Assembly: GCF_009914755.1 (NCBI RefSeq)
Contig: NC_060929.1
Direction: 5' to 3' (one strand)
Source: the human T2T-CHM13v2.0 reference genome, Homo sapiens
Length of the DNA: 64,000 bases
Shown: positions 29,445-51,728 of the stretch, piece by piece
Position numbering within the stretch: position 1 is the first letter of the stretch
Layout of the letters: every line of letters begins with the position of its first letter
Position numbers and translations under genes: made by a program
Notes under the pieces: model-generated
Database searches by the model: none
The model's input: the letters and a program-made list of their open reading frames with translations, nothing else
What the model was told of the DNA's origin: nothing

Positions 29445-29755
29445 TATTTATTTATTTATTTATTTATTTAGACAGGGTCTTCCTCTCTGTTGCCCAGGCT
29501 GGAGTGCAATGGCGCAATCTCGGCTCCCTGCAACTTCTGCCTCCTGGACTCAAGCAATTCTCCTGCCTTAGCCTCCCAAGTTAGCTCAGACTACAGGGCC
29601 AAGCCACCATGCCTAACTAATTTTTGTATTTTTTGTAGTGATGGAGTTTCGCCACATTGCCCAGGCTGGTCTTGAACTCCTGAGTTCAGTTGATCTGCCT
29701 ACCTCGGCTTCCCAAAGTTGCTAGGATTACAGGCATGAACAACCATACTGGGCCA
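29445..29755 (-). mobile_element. Alu (AluJ/S-like) with (TTTA)n tail
   Basis: 'gacagggtcttcctctctgttgcccaggctggagtgcaatggcgcaatctcggctc'. Confidence 0.92.
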
Positions 29756-30241
29756 GGGATAATTAACATCTTAACAAAATGAATCTTCCAATCCATGGAG
29801 ACAGTATATTTTTCCATTTATTTAGTTTTTCTTTAATTTCTCTTATCAGTATGTGCACAATTATTTTTAATCATATTTTTACAAAACAAATAACTCACAT
29901 GTTCATCAATGGGGTAGTTGTTAAATAAAATTATTACACATACATACAAACAACGAAATTTTATCCAGCTGTTAAAATGATTCAGAACTCCCATATAAAG
30001 ATGGTAAAGTAAAGCTGTATCACAGAATTTATTATCTAACAATGTGATTTTTTGTTGCAAAAACATGGATAAAGAGCCCCAAATTTAACCAAACAAGAAA
30101 AGGGGCTCAAACTTATACTATAAACTTCAAAAAGTATTGGGCAAAGAAAATACAGAAAGTTCAAGTGCAGTCCTGCATCATTTCTAAGGCTACTCCACCT
30201 CCACCAGAATCAGTACTGGCGTAATATTGTAAGTAAGAGAA

Positions 30242-30308
30242 ATCCTGAGAATTTTGAGCAAAATCAACCAGTTCATCCTGAGAATTTTGAGCAAAATCAA
30301 CCAGTTCA
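30242..30308. repeat. Perfect 33-bp tandem duplication
   Basis: atcctgagaattttgagcaaaatcaaccagttc x2; appears as ELVDFAQNSQD x2 in the ORF track. Confidence 0.97.
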
Positions 30309-31095
30309 AAGAGAAATAGACTTACAGTTGATAAGGAAGGCAGATAATACGGCATAAGGATAATTGGCTCTGCTAAATAAAGCAATCCAATAAAGAAGGA
30401 GCAAAGGGAGCATTCCAAATTTTCAAAAAGAAAGTACAGAAAATATCCTTGAAGTGAAGGATAAAAAGATGTACACTTAAAGGCATAGTCTGTATCTCAG
30501 AAAACTGACATAAAGCAATAGACACTGACACACTGGTTAAGTTGCTGAACATGAAAGAATTCTTCAAATATTCAGCCAGAATAAAGCGAGTCACCAAAAG
30601 AAGGAAAATGTGGGATGGCTTCCAAATTCTCTACAGGAACACTTATTACTGAAGACAATGGAGCAATGTATAGACATTTCCCAGGGTTAAAGAATGACAC
30701 AAGGATACTTGGCACAGCAAAAATTGTTAATCATGAATCAAGGAGACAGGCATTCATTTTCAAATATGAACAATCTGTGAGTCCTTTAAAACCATTTTGC
30801 CAATGAAATCCAGCCAATCAAGAACTAAATAAAAGTTAATAATCCAGGAATGGAGAAGTCATAGAAAAAGGATTGTTGTAAACAATTAACTCAGTTATGT
30901 AGAGAATGAAACTAAACATCTGGGAAAATTCTGGTTGCAATACAGAATTTAATGTTATCAACTTGAGCAAAGTAAGAATAACATAATTAACAAAAAAAAT
31001 AGAGATGCGGGGGAAAAAGGAGAGAAGAAACAGATGCATACTGACTTATTCACCTTTCACAGTCAGGAGTCAACTAATGCTGTTGGGACAAAAGA

Positions 31096-31237
31096 CTGGG
31101 TGTGATGGCTCATGCCTGTAATCCCAGCACTTTGGGAGGCTGAAGTGAGTGGATCAGTTGAGGTCAGGAGTTTGAGACCAGCCTGGCCAACATGGTAAAA
31201 CCCCATCTCTACTAAAAAATAATAATTAAAAAAAAAT
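31096..31237 (+). mobile_element. Alu left monomer (partial)
   Basis: 'ggctcatgcctgtaatcccagcactttgggaggc...ccccatctctactaaaaa'. Confidence 0.9.
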
Positions 31238-31808
31238 TGCAAAAACAATGACAAGTTTGAGACTAATCATTTAGTTTTTAAAATATTTTATCTTAACCTT
31301 AAACAAATTTTATAGGAATTAATACTATTTCTTGTAGTGAAAAATTCTGATCTAGTACAGCTATTTCTTTCATTTCCCATCAGCATATTTTTCTTCTGTT
31401 AAATTCAAATTAGATTTCCAAAATTACAACACATAAAACTACACAGATGAATGTCACAGACTCACCTTATGCAAAAGAAACGGATACAAAGGAATACATA
31501 CTATTTATTTCCATTTATATAAAGATCCAAAAGATGAAACAAATGTACCCCTGCATGGTGGGAGTAGGAGACTAGTGACTGGGGCTAGGCATTAGGGAGC
31601 CTTCTGTTGCACTGGGAATGTCTTATATGTGGGTTGCATACACATGGGTGTGTATATATACATACAAATATATATACATACAAAGTGTATACCACTGAGG
31701 TATACACTTAACATTTGTGCATGTTGCTGTGCATATGTAGGTTTTTTAACATTTAAATTAAATATAATGCTTTTTATTTTAAAATAGCATAGATAGTAAA
31801 GTTTAATT

Positions 31809-32646
31809 TTTTTCTTCAACTTTTACTTTAAGTTCTGGGGTACATATGCAGGATGTGGAAGTTTGTTACATAGGTAAACATGTGCCATGGTTGTTTGCTG
31901 CACAGATCAACCCATCAGCTAGGTATTAAGCCCAGCATCCATTAGCTATTCTTCCTGATGCTTTCCCTCCCCATGCCCCACCCCTTATAGGTCCCAGTAT
32001 GAGTTATTCCCTCCCATGTGTCCATGTGTTCTCATCATTCAGTTCCCACTTACAAGTGAGAGCATGCAATGTTTGGTTTTCTGTTCCTGCATTAGTTTGC
32101 TGAGGATAACGGCTTCCAGCTCCATCCATGTCCCTGCAAAGGACATAATCTCATTCCTTTTTATGGCTGTATAGTATTCCATGGTGTATATGTACCACAT
32201 TTTCTTTATCCAGTCTATTATTGATGGGTATGTTGGTTGATTCCATGTCTTTGCTATTGTGGTTGCAAGGAACATACGTGTGCATGTATCTTTATAACAG
32301 AATGATTTATATTCCTCTGGGTATTCACCCAGTAATGGTATTGCTGGGTCAAATGGTATTTCTGCTTCTAGTTCTTTGAGGAATTGCCAAACTGTCTTCC
32401 ACAATGGTTGAACTAATTTACATTCCCACCAACAGTGTAACAGCATTCCTTTTTCTCTGCAACCTCGCCAGCATCTATTGTTTCTTGACTTTTTAATAAT
32501 CACCATTCTGACTGGTGTGAGATTGTATCTCATTGTGGTTTTAATTTGCATTTCTCTAATGATCAGTGATGTCAAGCTTTTTTTCATATGTTTGTTGGCT
32601 GCATGAATGTCTTCTTTTGAGAAGTGCCTGTTCATGTCCTTTGCCC
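31809..32646 (-). mobile_element. 5'-truncated older L1PA 3' end
   Basis: ORF2 C-terminal fragment at 32039-32635 (RCWRGC...[10 protein letters not shown]); TSD agtaaagtttaatt at 31795-31808 and 32647-32660. Confidence 0.92.
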
Positions 32647-32954
32647 AGTAAAGTTTAATTAAAAAATTTTTTTAAATGTATCTATTCTTCTATTTATGCA
32701 TATCTTCAATCTATGTGTATTTATATGTTCAAAGAGAGATATCGGGAATAAATGTCAAGTGATAGCAATTGGTAATTTCAGGGTGAAGGGATTTGGGTGA
32801 TTTATTCCTTTTTTTGTTGTACTTTTCTATATTGCTTGAGTCTTTATAATCAGCATAATTAGTAAACAAAAAAATTATTTTAAAATAATGCTTCAGATAT
32901 GTATGTGTGGATCCAAAAGTGTCTCAGACATATTTTTAATTTAAAAAGATTACA

Positions 32955-33370
<416 letters not shown>

Positions 33371-33847
33371 TTATTGGCAGCAATTATCTCTAGGTGGTGA
33401 AATTATAGATAATTATTTTTCTTTCATCTTTGCACTTCTTTATATTATATTAATTTTTAGATTTTTTTCTGATTATTTTAAGTTTTTTATAATAAAAAGG
33501 TATGTATTACTTGTATAATGAAAAAATTGCTATTTTCATTGATGGAGTAAGGGGAGGAGGGAAAGAAAATGGAAAAATTATCCATTAGGAAAGAGAATTA
33601 AAAGAATCCCATGAAGGAAATGACTAGACTTGGAGAACTGGTAGGAAAGCCAGGCCACATGTGTGAGAAATTGTTTCTGGAACTGGATTCCTGTGGACTT
33701 ATAAAGAATCTGACTTTTGTGAAGTATGGCCAAAAGACTAAAGAGAGTGAGTGTATGTGTTTGGCACATGTGAAGGCAAGCACGATGCAGTTAAATGGCA
33801 AATCTCCAAACAGCTGGGCAGGGTAAGTCTTGACATTTGTAATGTCA

Positions 33848-34046
<199 letters not shown>

Positions 34047-34099
34047 ACACACACTCACATACTTACATACATAGATGCAATATATCTATTAGTAGTTTG

Positions 34100-34618
34100 T
34101 TAAAAGAGATTATGGTACATTCCCTGCATATGGAATAAAATACAACCATTAAAAGTTAAGATGCAGGGAGGGCAGCCAAGATGGCCGAATAGGAACAGCT
34201 CCGGTCTACAGCTCCCAGCGTGAGTGACACAGAAGACGGGTGATTTCTGCATTTCCATCTGAGGTACCAGGTTCATCTCACTAGGGAGTGCCAGACAGTG
34301 GGCACAGGACAGTGGGTGCAGTGCACCGTGCACGAGCCGAAGCAGGGCGAGGCATTGCCTCACTCGGGAAGCACAAGGGGTCAGGGAGTTCCCTTTCCTA
34401 GTCAAAGAAAGGGGTGACAGACGACACCTGGAAAATCGGGTCACTCCCACCCTAATACTGCACTTTTCCAACGGGCTTAAAAAACGGCGCACCAGGAGAT
34501 TATATCCCGCACATGGCTTGGAGGGTCCTACACCCACAGAGTCTCGCTGATTGCTAGCACAGCAGTCTGAGATCAAACTGCAAGGTGGCAGCGAGGCTGG
34601 GGGAGGGGTGCCCGCCAT
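34100..34618 (-). CDS. L1 antisense ORF0-like frame, extended to 172 aa
   Basis: Starts MAGTPPPASLPPCSLISDCCASNQRDSVGVGPS (ORF0 N-terminus) at the ATG at 34618; stays open past the L1 5' end to 34100. Confidence 0.45.
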   Translation of the reverse strand: MAGTPPPASLPPCSLISDCCASNQRDSVGVGPSKPCAGYNLLVRRFLSPLEKCSIRVGVTRFSRCRLSPLSLTRKGNSLTPCASRVRQCLALLRLVHGALHPLSCAHCLALPSEMNLVPQMEMQKSPVFCVTHAGSCRPELFLFGHLGCPPCILTFNGCILFHMQGMYHNLF

Positions 34619-35201
34619 TGCCCAGGCTTGCTTAGGTAAACAAAGCAGCTGGGAAGCTAGAACTGGGTGGAGCCCACCACAGCACAAGGAGGCCTGCCTG
34701 CCTCTGTAGGCTCCACCTCTGAGGGCAGGGCACAGACAAACAAAAAGACAGCAGTAACCTCTGCAGACTTAGATTTCCCTGTCTGACAGCTTTGAAGAGA
34801 GCAGTGGTTCGCCCGGCACGCAGCTGGAGATCTGAGAATGGGCAGACTGCCTCCTCAAATGGGTCCCTGACCCCTGATCCCTGAGCAGCCTAACTGGGAG
34901 CCACCCCCGAGTAGGGGCAGACTGACACCTCACACGGCCAGGTACTCCTCTGAGACAAAACTTCCAGAGGAACGATCAGACAGCAGCATTCGCAGTTCAC
35001 AAAAATCTGCTGTTCTGCAGCCACTGCTGCTGATACCCAGGCAAACAGGGTCTGGAGTGGACCTCTAGCAAACTCCAAGAGACCTGCAGCTGAGGGTCCT
35101 GACTGTTAGGAGGAAAACTAACAAACAGAAAGGACATCCACACCAAAAACCCATCTGTACATCACCATCATCAAAGACCAAAAGTATATAAAACCACAAA
35201 G
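34166..35201 (+). promoter_or_regulatory. L1 5'UTR internal sense/antisense promoter region with YY1 motif (aagatggcc, 34178-34186)
   Basis: Complete 1036-nt 5'UTR upstream of the ORF1 ATG; activity cannot be shown from sequence. Confidence 0.75.
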
Positions 35202-36218
35202 ATGGGGAAAAAACAGAGCAGAAAAACTGGAAACTCTAAAAAGCAGAGTGCCTCTCCTCCTCCAAAGGAACGCAGTTCCTCACCAGCAACGGAACAAAGC
35301 TGGACGGAGAATGACTTTGATGAGTTGAGAGAAGAAGGCTTCAGACAATCAAACTACTCTGAGCTACAGGAGGAAATTCAAACCAAAGGCAAAGAAGTTA
35401 AAAACTTTGAAAAACATTTAGACGAATGTATAACTAGGATAACCAATACAGAAAAGTGCTTAAAGGAGCTGATGGAGCTGAAAGCCAAGGCTGGAGAACT
35501 ATGTGAAGAATGCAGAAGCCTCAGGAGCCGATGCAATCAACTGGAAGAAAGGGTATCAGTGATGGAAGATGAAATGAATGAAATGAAGGGAGAAGGGAAG
35601 TTTAGAGAAAAAAGAATTAAAAGAAACAAACAAAGCCTCCAAGAAATATGGGACTATGTGAAAAGACCAAATCTACGTCTGATTGGTGTACCTGAAAGTG
35701 ACGGGGAGAATGGAACCAAGTTGGAAAACACTCTGCAGGATATTATCCAGGAGAACTTCCCCAATCTAGCAAGGCAGGCCAACATTCAGATTCAGGAAAT
35801 ACAGAGAACACCACAGAGATACTCCTCGAGAAGAGCAACTCCAAGACACATAATTGTCACATTCACCAAAGTTGAAATGAAGGAAAAAATGTTAAGGGCA
35901 GCCAGAGAGAAAGGTCAGATTACCCAAAAAGGGAAGCCCATCAGACTAACAGCTGATCTCTCAGCAGAAACTCTACAAGCCAGAAGAGAGTGGGGGCCAA
36001 TATTCAATATTCTTAAAGAAAAGAATTTTCAACCCAGAATTTCATATCCAGCCAAACTAAGCTTCATAAGTGAAGGAGAAATAAAATACTTTACAGACAA
36101 GCAAATGCTGAGAGATTTTGTCACCACCAGGCCTGTCCTAAAAGAGCTCCTGAAGGAAGCACTAAACCTGGAAAGGAACAACCGGTACCAGCCACTGCAA
36201 AATCATGCCAAATTGTAA
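35202..36218 (+). CDS. L1 ORF1p (RNA-binding protein/nucleic acid chaperone), intact 338 aa
   Basis: MGKKQSRKTGNSK start; coiled coil, RRM (RPNLRLIGVPE), REKG, ARREW and YPAKLS motifs; canonical length. Confidence 0.93.
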   Translation: MGKKQSRKTGNSKKQSASPPPKERSSSPATEQSWTENDFDELREEGFRQSNYSELQEEIQTKGKEVKNFEKHLDECITRITNTEKCLKELMELKAKAGELCEECRSLRSRCNQLEERVSVMEDEMNEMKGEGKFREKRIKRNKQSLQEIWDYVKRPNLRLIGVPESDGENGTKLENTLQDIIQENFPNLARQANIQIQEIQRTPQRYSSRRATPRHIIVTFTKVEMKEKMLRAAREKGQITQKGKPIRLTADLSAETLQARREWGPIFNILKEKNFQPRISYPAKLSFISEGEIKYFTDKQMLRDFVTTRPVLKELLKEALNLERNNRYQPLQNHAKL

Positions 36219-36281
36219 AGACCATCAAGGCTAGGAAGTAACTGCATTAACTAACGAGCAAAATCACCAGCTAACATCATA

Positions 36282-40110
<3,829 letters not shown>

Positions 40111-40639
40111 TGAGAACACATGGACACAGGAAGGGGAACATCACACTCTGGGGACTGTTATGGGGTGGAGGAAGGGGGAAGGGATAGCATTAGGAGATAT
40201 ACCTAATGCTAAATGACAAGTTAATGGGTGCAGCACACCAGCATGGCACATGTATACATATGTAACTAACCTGCACATTGTGCACATGTACTCTAAAACT
40301 TGAAGTATTAAAAAAAAAAGTTAAGATGCATATCCGTATTATTTGTGGCTACAACACATTGATGAATAAACAAACAAGTAGCAAAAAGCATGCATAGCAC
40401 ATTCTCACTTTAATGTTATGTGTGCGTCTGTGTGTTTGTGCCTGTGTCTGTGTGTATATACACATACATGCACAGAAAAGAAAGCCTGGGCAGATATCTG
40501 GTAAATGTTAGCAGCTATTCTGTGAGGTGAAATTTCCAGTGATATTCACATTTGAGGTGTTTGATTTCTTTTTTTACAATGAATATAGATTTATTTCATA
40601 ATCAAAAAGAGCTAGTTTCTTTTATTTGTTCTTTTTCTT

Positions 40640-40654
40640 TTTATTCTTTCTTTC

Positions 40655-40685
<31 letters not shown>

Positions 40686-41145
40686 TTGAGACAGGGTCTT
40701 ATTCTGTCACCCAGGCTAGAGTGCAGTGGCGTGATCACAGCTTACTGCGGCCTCCATCCTCCTGGGCTCAAGCAACCCTCCCACCTCAGCCTCTCAAGTA
40801 GCTAGGATACAAGTATGCACCAGTACACCCAGCTAAGTTTTTATTATTTATTTTTGTAGAGATTGGGGTGGGTAGGGGTCTCACTATGTTGCCCAGGCTG
40901 GTCTTGAATCCCTGGGCTCAAATGATCCTCCTGCCCTAGCCTCCTAAAGTATTGGGATTACAGGCATGAGCCGCTGCACCTGGCTTATTATTATTATTAT
41001 TATTATTATTTGAGACAGGATCTCACTCTGTCACCCTGGCTGGAATGCAGTGGCATAATCATGGTCATCTAAGCTCAAATGATCCTCCTGCCTCAGCCTC
41101 CCGAGTAGCTAGGACTGCAGGCATGAGCCACTACTCCTGGCTTAT
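40640..41145 (-). mobile_element. Two adjacent AluJ-like elements (second partial, with (TTA)n tail)
   Basis: 'gagacagggtcttattctgtcacccaggctagagtgcagtgg' at ~40688 and 'gagacaggatctcactctgtcacc' at ~41012. Confidence 0.88.
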
Positions 41146-41949
41146 TTGTACTTTTTTTAAATTTTTCATCCACCACTAAGAGTCATGTAAGCAAATTTCA
41201 TTTTTGAATTTTAAAAATGTAAACCTTTAGAAATTTCAAACAGAGACAGTTCTCTGTAATTATTATAAAGGTCCTGATATAAATATCTACCATTTCAAAT
41301 GTTTTTAACATGGCACAAAGAACCAGGGAGATAATGAAAAGTATCAGTGAAGGATATAGAATGGTGAAAGCCTAAGTGAGAATAGTTCATATTTTCTTAA
41401 CCACATGGCTAAGGATTTCATCGTAGCCTCATAAAAAGAGGTAATTGAGGTTAACCTCAAAATCACACTGACCCTTTTTATGGTAGGTTACAAGGAAATG
41501 TGTGCCTAAATTAATTTTTAAAATATTTGGAGTGTAGAGCCAGCCATTTCCAGAAGGATGGAATAAGGACTTCCAATATCTGCTCCTCCATAAAAGCAAG
41601 GAAAACTCTGGGGAAGAAAAAAGTCAAAATAAACATTTTCAGAACTCTGAAAATTAATCTATTATTTACAATACTCTGCAAAGCATTTATTCAAGAGAAT
41701 GGCTGAATCTCAGTAATAACAGTGAGCTTCGTGATATTTTACTTGCCCCTTCTCATGCCTTTTCCCCAGCTCTGTGGCAATCTTGAAAATCAACAGCCTG
41801 GTAATGATGGTAGCCAGGAAACCTAGCAGACTGCCAGCCACTGCAGGGAGCAAAATGGGTTTGGAGCTTCCCAAAAGCTCTATCCCCAGAGAGTTGTCAC
41901 TATTTGACCTATCTGTCAGTTTCCTGAAAATTCTCATTTGCAAGGCTTC

Positions 41950-42320
41950 TGATGGTTAATTTTATGTGACAACCTGAATGGGTCATGGTGCCCAGATATT
42001 TCGTCAAACATTATTCTAGCTGTTTCTGTAAAGGTATTTGTTAGATGAGATTAACATTTAAAGCTGTGGACTTTGAGTAAAGCAGACTGCCCTCCATAAT
42101 GTGAGTGGGACTCTAAAAAGTTGAAGGCCTTTATAGAACAAAAACTGATCTCCCCCAAGCAAGAAGAAATTCTGCCAGCAGGTTGCCTTTGGAATTCAGA
42201 CTGTAATTCTTCCCTTGGTCTCCAACCTGCCAGCCTACCCTGCAGATGTTGTGCTTTGTCCCTCCACCATTATATTAAGGAATTTAAGCCAATTACTTAA
42301 TACAATTACAAAATAAATCT
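41950..42320 (+). mobile_element. MLT2-family (ERVL) LTR fragment
   Basis: 'tgatggttaattttatgtgacaacctg...ggactttgagtaaagcagactgccctccataatgtgagtggg'. Confidence 0.75.
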
Positions 42321-42374
42321 GTTTCACTCTCCCTGTCTCTCATTCTCTATCTGTGCACAAATAATAGTTCATGT

Positions 42375-42550
42375 TAGCACACAACAAGATGGTGCCTTCT
42401 GAAAGCCAAGAGGGCCCTCACCAAGAATTGAATCTTCCAGCATCTTGGTCTTGAACTTCCCAGCCTCCAGAACTGTAAGAAATAAATGTCTGTTGTTAAG
42501 CCACCCCCTTTATGATATTTTGTTAGAGTAACCCAAGCTGACTAAGATAC
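42375..42550 (+). mobile_element. MaLR LTR 3' part (MLT1A/MST-like)
   Basis: 'cttcccagcctccagaactgtaagaaataaatgtctgttgttaagccacc...ctgactaagatac'. Confidence 0.7.
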
Positions 42551-42837
42551 TTACCTCATATCACATACAAAAATTAACTTGAATCAAAGACCTAAATGTG
42601 TGAGCTAAAAAACTACAAAACTGTTAGAAGAAAACATAAGCCTAAATCATAATGATCTTGGATTGGGCAATGGTTTCTTAGGTATGATACCAAAAACATC
42701 ATCAAAGTTAAAAACTTTTGTACTGCAAATAATACTATTAAGAAAGTTAAAAGACAACACATAATTTGGGAAAAAATATTTTCAAATTAGCCATTAGATA
42801 AGGGACTTATATCCAGATCATATAAAGAACTCTTGTC

Positions 42838-48954
<6,117 letters not shown>

Positions 48955-49012
48955 AAAGAATTCTCACAACTCAATAGTAAAAACACAACTCAATTTTTAA
49001 AATGGGCAAATG

Positions 49013-51728
49013 GACCAATAATGAGTTCTGAAATTGAGGCAATAATAAATAGCCTGCCAACCAAAAAAAGCCTAGGACTAGATGGATTCACAACTGAATT
49101 CTACCAGATGTACAAAGAAGAGCTAGTATCATTCCTACTGAAACTATTCCTGAAAATTGGGAAGAAGGGATTCCTCCCTAATTCATTCTATGAGGCCAGC
49201 ATCATGCTGATACCAAAACCTGGCAGAGACTCAACAAAAAAGAAAACTTCAAGCCAATATCCTTGATGAACATTGATGCAAACATCCTCATTAAAATCCT
49301 GGCAAACTGAGTCCAGCAGGATGTCAAAAAGCTTATCCAGCACAATCAAATAGGCTTCATCCCTGGGATGCAAGGTTGGTTCAACATACACAAATCAATA
49401 AATGTGATTCCTCACATAAAGAGAACTAAAGACAAAAACCACATGATTATCTCAATAGATGCAAAAAAGGCTTTCGATAGAATTCAACATCCCTTCATGT
49501 TAAAAACTCTCAATAAACGAGATATTGAAGGAACATACCTCAAAATAATAAGAGTCACATATGACAAACCCACAGCCAACACCACACTGAATGGGCAAAA
49601 GCTGGAAACATTCCCCTTGAAAACCAGCACAAGACAAGTCTGCCCTCTCTCACCACTCCTGTTCAATATAGTATTGGAAGTTCTGGCAAGGGCAATCAGG
49701 TAAGAGAAAGAAATAAAGGCATTTAGATAGGAAGAGAGGAGGTTAAACCATCCCTGCTTGCAGATGACATGATCCTATGTATAGAAAAACCCATCGTCAG
49801 CCCAAAAGCTTCTTAAGCTGATAAGCAACTTCAGCAATGTCTCAGGATACAAAACTAATGTGCAAAAATTGCTAGCATTCCTATATACCAAAAACAGTAA
49901 AGCTGAGAGCCAAATCACAAACAAACTCCCAGGCACAATTTCCACAGAAAGAATAAAATACCTAGGAATACAGCTAACTAGGGAGGGGAAAGATATCTAC
50001 AAGGAGAACTACAAACCACTGCTGAAAGAAATCAGAGGTGACACAAACAAATGGAAAACATTGCATATTCGTGGATAGCAAGAATCAGTATCATTAAAAT
50101 GGCCATAGTGCCAAATCAAATTATAGATTCACTGCTATTCCTGTTAAGCTACCATTGACATTCTTCACAGAACTAGAAAATACTATTTTAAAATTCACAT
50201 GGAAACAAAAAAAGGGCCCGAATAGCCAAGGCAATCTTAAGCAAAAAGAACAAAGCTGGAGGCATCACACGACCCAACTTCAAACTATACTACAGGGCTA
50301 CAGTAACCAAAACAGCATGGTATTGGTACAAGAACAGACACATAGGCCAATGGTACAAGAACAGACACATAGAACAGACACAACTTCCCTAGGACAGGGA
50401 AACCAGAAATAAGAGCACACACCTACAACTATCTGATCTTTGAGAAACCTGACCAAAAAAAAAAAAAAAAAAGCAATGAGGAGAGGAAAGGATTCCCTAT
50501 TCAATAAATGGTGCTGGGATAACTGGCTAGTCACATGCAGAAGATTGAAAGTGAACCCTTTCTTTACACCATATACAGAAATTAACTCAAGATGGATTAA
50601 AGACTTAAATATAAAACCCAAAACTATAAAAACCCTGGAAGACAACGTAGGAAGTTCCATTCAGGACACAGGCACAGGCAAAGATTTCATGATGAAGACA
50701 CCAAAAGCAATTGCAACAAAAGCAAAAATTGACAAATGGAATCTAACTAAACTACAGAGTATCTGCACAGCAAAAGAAACTACCAACAGAGTAAACAGAC
50801 AACCTAATGGGGGAAAATTTTGCAGGCTATGTATCTGAAAAAGGCCTAATATCTGGCATCTATAAGGAACTTAAACAAATTTACAAGAAAAAAACAAAAG
50901 TCCCCCTAGAAAAGTGAACAAATGACATGAACACTTTTTAAAAGAAGACATACATGTGGCCAACAATCATATGAAAAAAGGCTCAACAACACTGATCATT
51001 AGAGAAATGCAAATCAAAACCGCAACGAGATGCCATCTAACACCAGTCAGAATGGCTGCTATTGAAAAGTCAAAAAATAACAGATGCTGGAGAGGTTGTG
51101 GAGAAAAAGGAATGCTTATACACTGTTGGTGGGAGTGTAAATTAGTTCAGCCATTGTGGAAGACAGTGTTGCAATTCCTCAAAGACCTAAAGACAGAAAT
51201 ACTATTCAACCCAGCAATCCCATTACTGGGTACATACCCAAAGGAATGGAAATCATTCTATTATAAAGATACATGCATGTGTATGTTCATTGAAGCACTA
51301 TTCACAATAGCAAAGATATGGAATCAACCTAAATGTCCATCAGTGATATACTGGATAAAGAAAATTTGGTACATATACACCATGGAATACTATGCAGCCA
51401 TTAAAAAGAACAAGATCATGGCCTTTGCAGGGACATGGATGGAGCTGGAGGCCGTTATCTTTAGCAAACTAACACAGGAACATAAAACCAAGCACCTCAT
51501 GTTCTCACTTATAAGTGGGAGCTAATGATGAGAACACATGGACACATGGAGGGGAACAACACTGGGGCCTTTTGGAGGATGGAGAGTGGGAGGAGGGAGA
51601 GGATCAAGAAAATCAACTAATGGCTACTAGGTTTAATACCTGGGTGATGAAATAATCTGTGCAACAAATCCCCATGATGCAAGTTCACCTATGTGACAAA
51701 CCTGCACTTGTACCCCTAAACTTATAAA
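49013..51728 (+). mobile_element. 5'-truncated older L1PA (L1PA13-16-like), ~2.7 kb
   Basis: ORF2 RT-to-C-terminal fragments; 3'UTR 'gggagaggatcaagaaaatcaactaatggctactagg'; TSD aaaatgggcaaatg at 48999-49012 and 51729-51742. Confidence 0.9.
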
